Shown: positions 62,154 to 64,000 of the stretch, in pieces
Layout of the letters: each line of letters opens with the position of its first letter
Numbering within the stretch: the first letter of the stretch is position 1
Assembly: GCF_037042905.1 (NCBI RefSeq)
Contig: NC_087252.1
Span: forward strand, 22,508,001-22,572,000
DNA from: Lytechinus pictus
Taxonomy: Eukaryota
DNA length: 64,000 nucleotides
Direction of reading: 5' to 3'
Position numbers and translations under genes: made by a program
The notes under the pieces: model-generated
Told to the model about the DNA's origin: nothing
What the model saw: the letters and a program-made list of their open reading frames with translations, nothing else
The model's database searches: none

Positions 62154-63387
62154 TGAGATGTAACCATTATATCAGTCATAAAGTATTATACATCAAACTG
62201 TAGGTAATCTATTTTGCATTGAGATGACAATCAATCTCGACCTCTTTGACCCATAGGGATATTCCAGTGGGAAAATAAAGGTGCCAGTGTCTCGAAAATA
62301 TGGGTGATTTCAGACCGTTTGCCATCATGGCCATAGCAAGAGTTGTAAACAAGGACACTTTCAGAAATGGGGGATTAGATTCAAATTCCCGGGGGGACCA
62401 CTTCCATTGATGAGTGGGTACCAGGCACGACCATGCGGTTTCGAAAAGCACCCTAAACAAGGGAAGCAAGGCTTTTTCATATTATGAAAATGCATCTCTT
62501 AACAAGCATTTGGCTTGTGAAACCCAATAAGTATTGGAAATATATCACTTTTTTCAGTATTTTAAACATCGTTTTTGACACCCTTATAACTTTACAAAGG
62601 CCTATATACGTAACGTACTTGCCCACTCTGTCCCCTTTACGCGTGGTCGCGCCTGGTATCCACTCTTCAATGGAAGTAGCCCCCCCCCCCCCCCCCGGGC
62701 GGCCTCTCGAGCTCTGGGAGGAATCAAATGTGGCTCTGGAAAGTCGTTCTAAATCGGATATATCGCTGTTACCATAGTAGCAACCAGAATTTTGCACACG
62801 AAACGCATATTGAATGTTTCCGTTGCAGATGCGAAACGAAAAAAAATCTCATGTCACACAATTTGCACTGCAGGACAGAGTTTAACGACCATGACGACGG
62901 GCCCAAAAGTCTCTTCCAAAATCAACTACCGTCGTAAATAAGCGTTCGCGTTCTCCAACGAAAGGTCGGGAACAACGCTTCTGTGCGGCCGCCACAGGTG
63001 ACTAGAGAAGCACACGAATTAACACTTTATGAAGGTGTTTGTCGTATTTCTACTTTGTTGCACAATATGCAAACTGTGAAATACCAGTCGTTCGTGGATC
63101 GACGCATTGTGGTTTATTGTGGATGTAAATGAAAAACACAATTCAAAAGAATATATGAATAATCAAGGCACCAAAGTTGGTGCTTATCTCATTAAATTTT
63201 AAACCACCATGTCACTTTGGTACCAATGACCTTCCTCTGATCATGCGAAGAATCTTCTGACCTTGCGCATAGTGGAACTACGAACTGGCTTATTCAGGTG
63301 ATGGGCGAAATATTCATGCACATTTGAGGCAGGAGGATGGATGTAGCTAGCTTCCCGAAGCGAAGCTGAGGAAAATAGGTCAGTGCA

Positions 63388-63790
63388 TCTAAACTGGGTT
63401 CCAAAAGAAACTTATCAAACTTCACAAGCGCACTTCACAAATTCCAGTCAGTCAAAGTTAACAAAATTTTGACACAGGCTAGCGTCAATATTCATTACTA
63501 AGCACATGTCAATAATTAAGAGATTTGCCGGTTTAATCACAAATAGGCAGTACTAGCCCCCCCCCCCAAAAAAAAAAAAATCAATTGGTTCCGAATCCAA
63601 ATTTGGCAAAAGAAAGATGAATGGAAATGAGATGGGATAAAAAAAAATTACCACTTTATTCAAGTTCACAGTTTGACCATCGGCATGTTTGATTGATAAA
63701 ATAAATATATAATATAAATAAGAAGTTACAGTCAGTTAAAATCAACATTTTAAATACACATATTGAGGTCAAAGAAGCATAATGCATGAA
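63388..63790 (+). mobile_element. Copy of the TIR element family at 3709
   Basis: Collinear similarity with 3709-4075. Confidence 0.8.
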
Positions 63791-64000
63791 TGGACTGTTT
63801 TGTTTGTATTTATTTCCATATAAAAATAAAATATATACATGCTCAATTTAACATAACGTACACTCAGATCATATGGAGGATGGCCCATTTCAGCGGTATT
63901 AATAAAATACCACTGTTCTTCCATGGGGTCCTTTAAAACATAAATACATGCATATAAAACAAATATAAAAAATATACACAAAACTTAATTGAACAGCAGT

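Overview
Eukaryotic, intron-rich animal genomic DNA. It is AT-rich with frequent poly-G/C tracts, and the repeat landscape looks sea-urchin/echinoderm-like (inference). Three host genes were reconstructed by hand from GT-AG splice sites with consistent phases. (1) The last three coding exons of VPS26C/DSCR3 (+, 3490-7823). (2) A complete 9-exon platelet-activating factor acetylhydrolase of the PLA2G7/PAFAH2 family (-, 25999-11908, 428 aa, Ser-Asp-His triad intact). (3) A complete 4-exon SLC16/MCT-family MFS transporter (-, 47016-33130, 483 aa). The rest is mostly nested mobile DNA: an intact Tc1 DD34E transposon, a 5.7 kb non-autonomous CACTA/CMC element, a 4.2 kb Academ-like element, Helentron-derived HINEs, a decayed DIRS tyrosine-recombinase element, tRNA-derived SINEs, many MITEs, satellites and a 943 bp tandem duplication. 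The most unusual observations are four. A mirror-image bidirectional promoter/first-exon cassette sits at the core of the CACTA element. A minimal Penelope-type hammerhead ribozyme motif lies at 341-379. The Tc1 transposase start region is triplicated, creating two decoy uORFs. An inverted MITE pair brackets the last VPS26C exon. Most short ORFs in the supplied track are spurious. No database searches were run, so transposon superfamily calls rest on terminal sequences and TSD lengths only.
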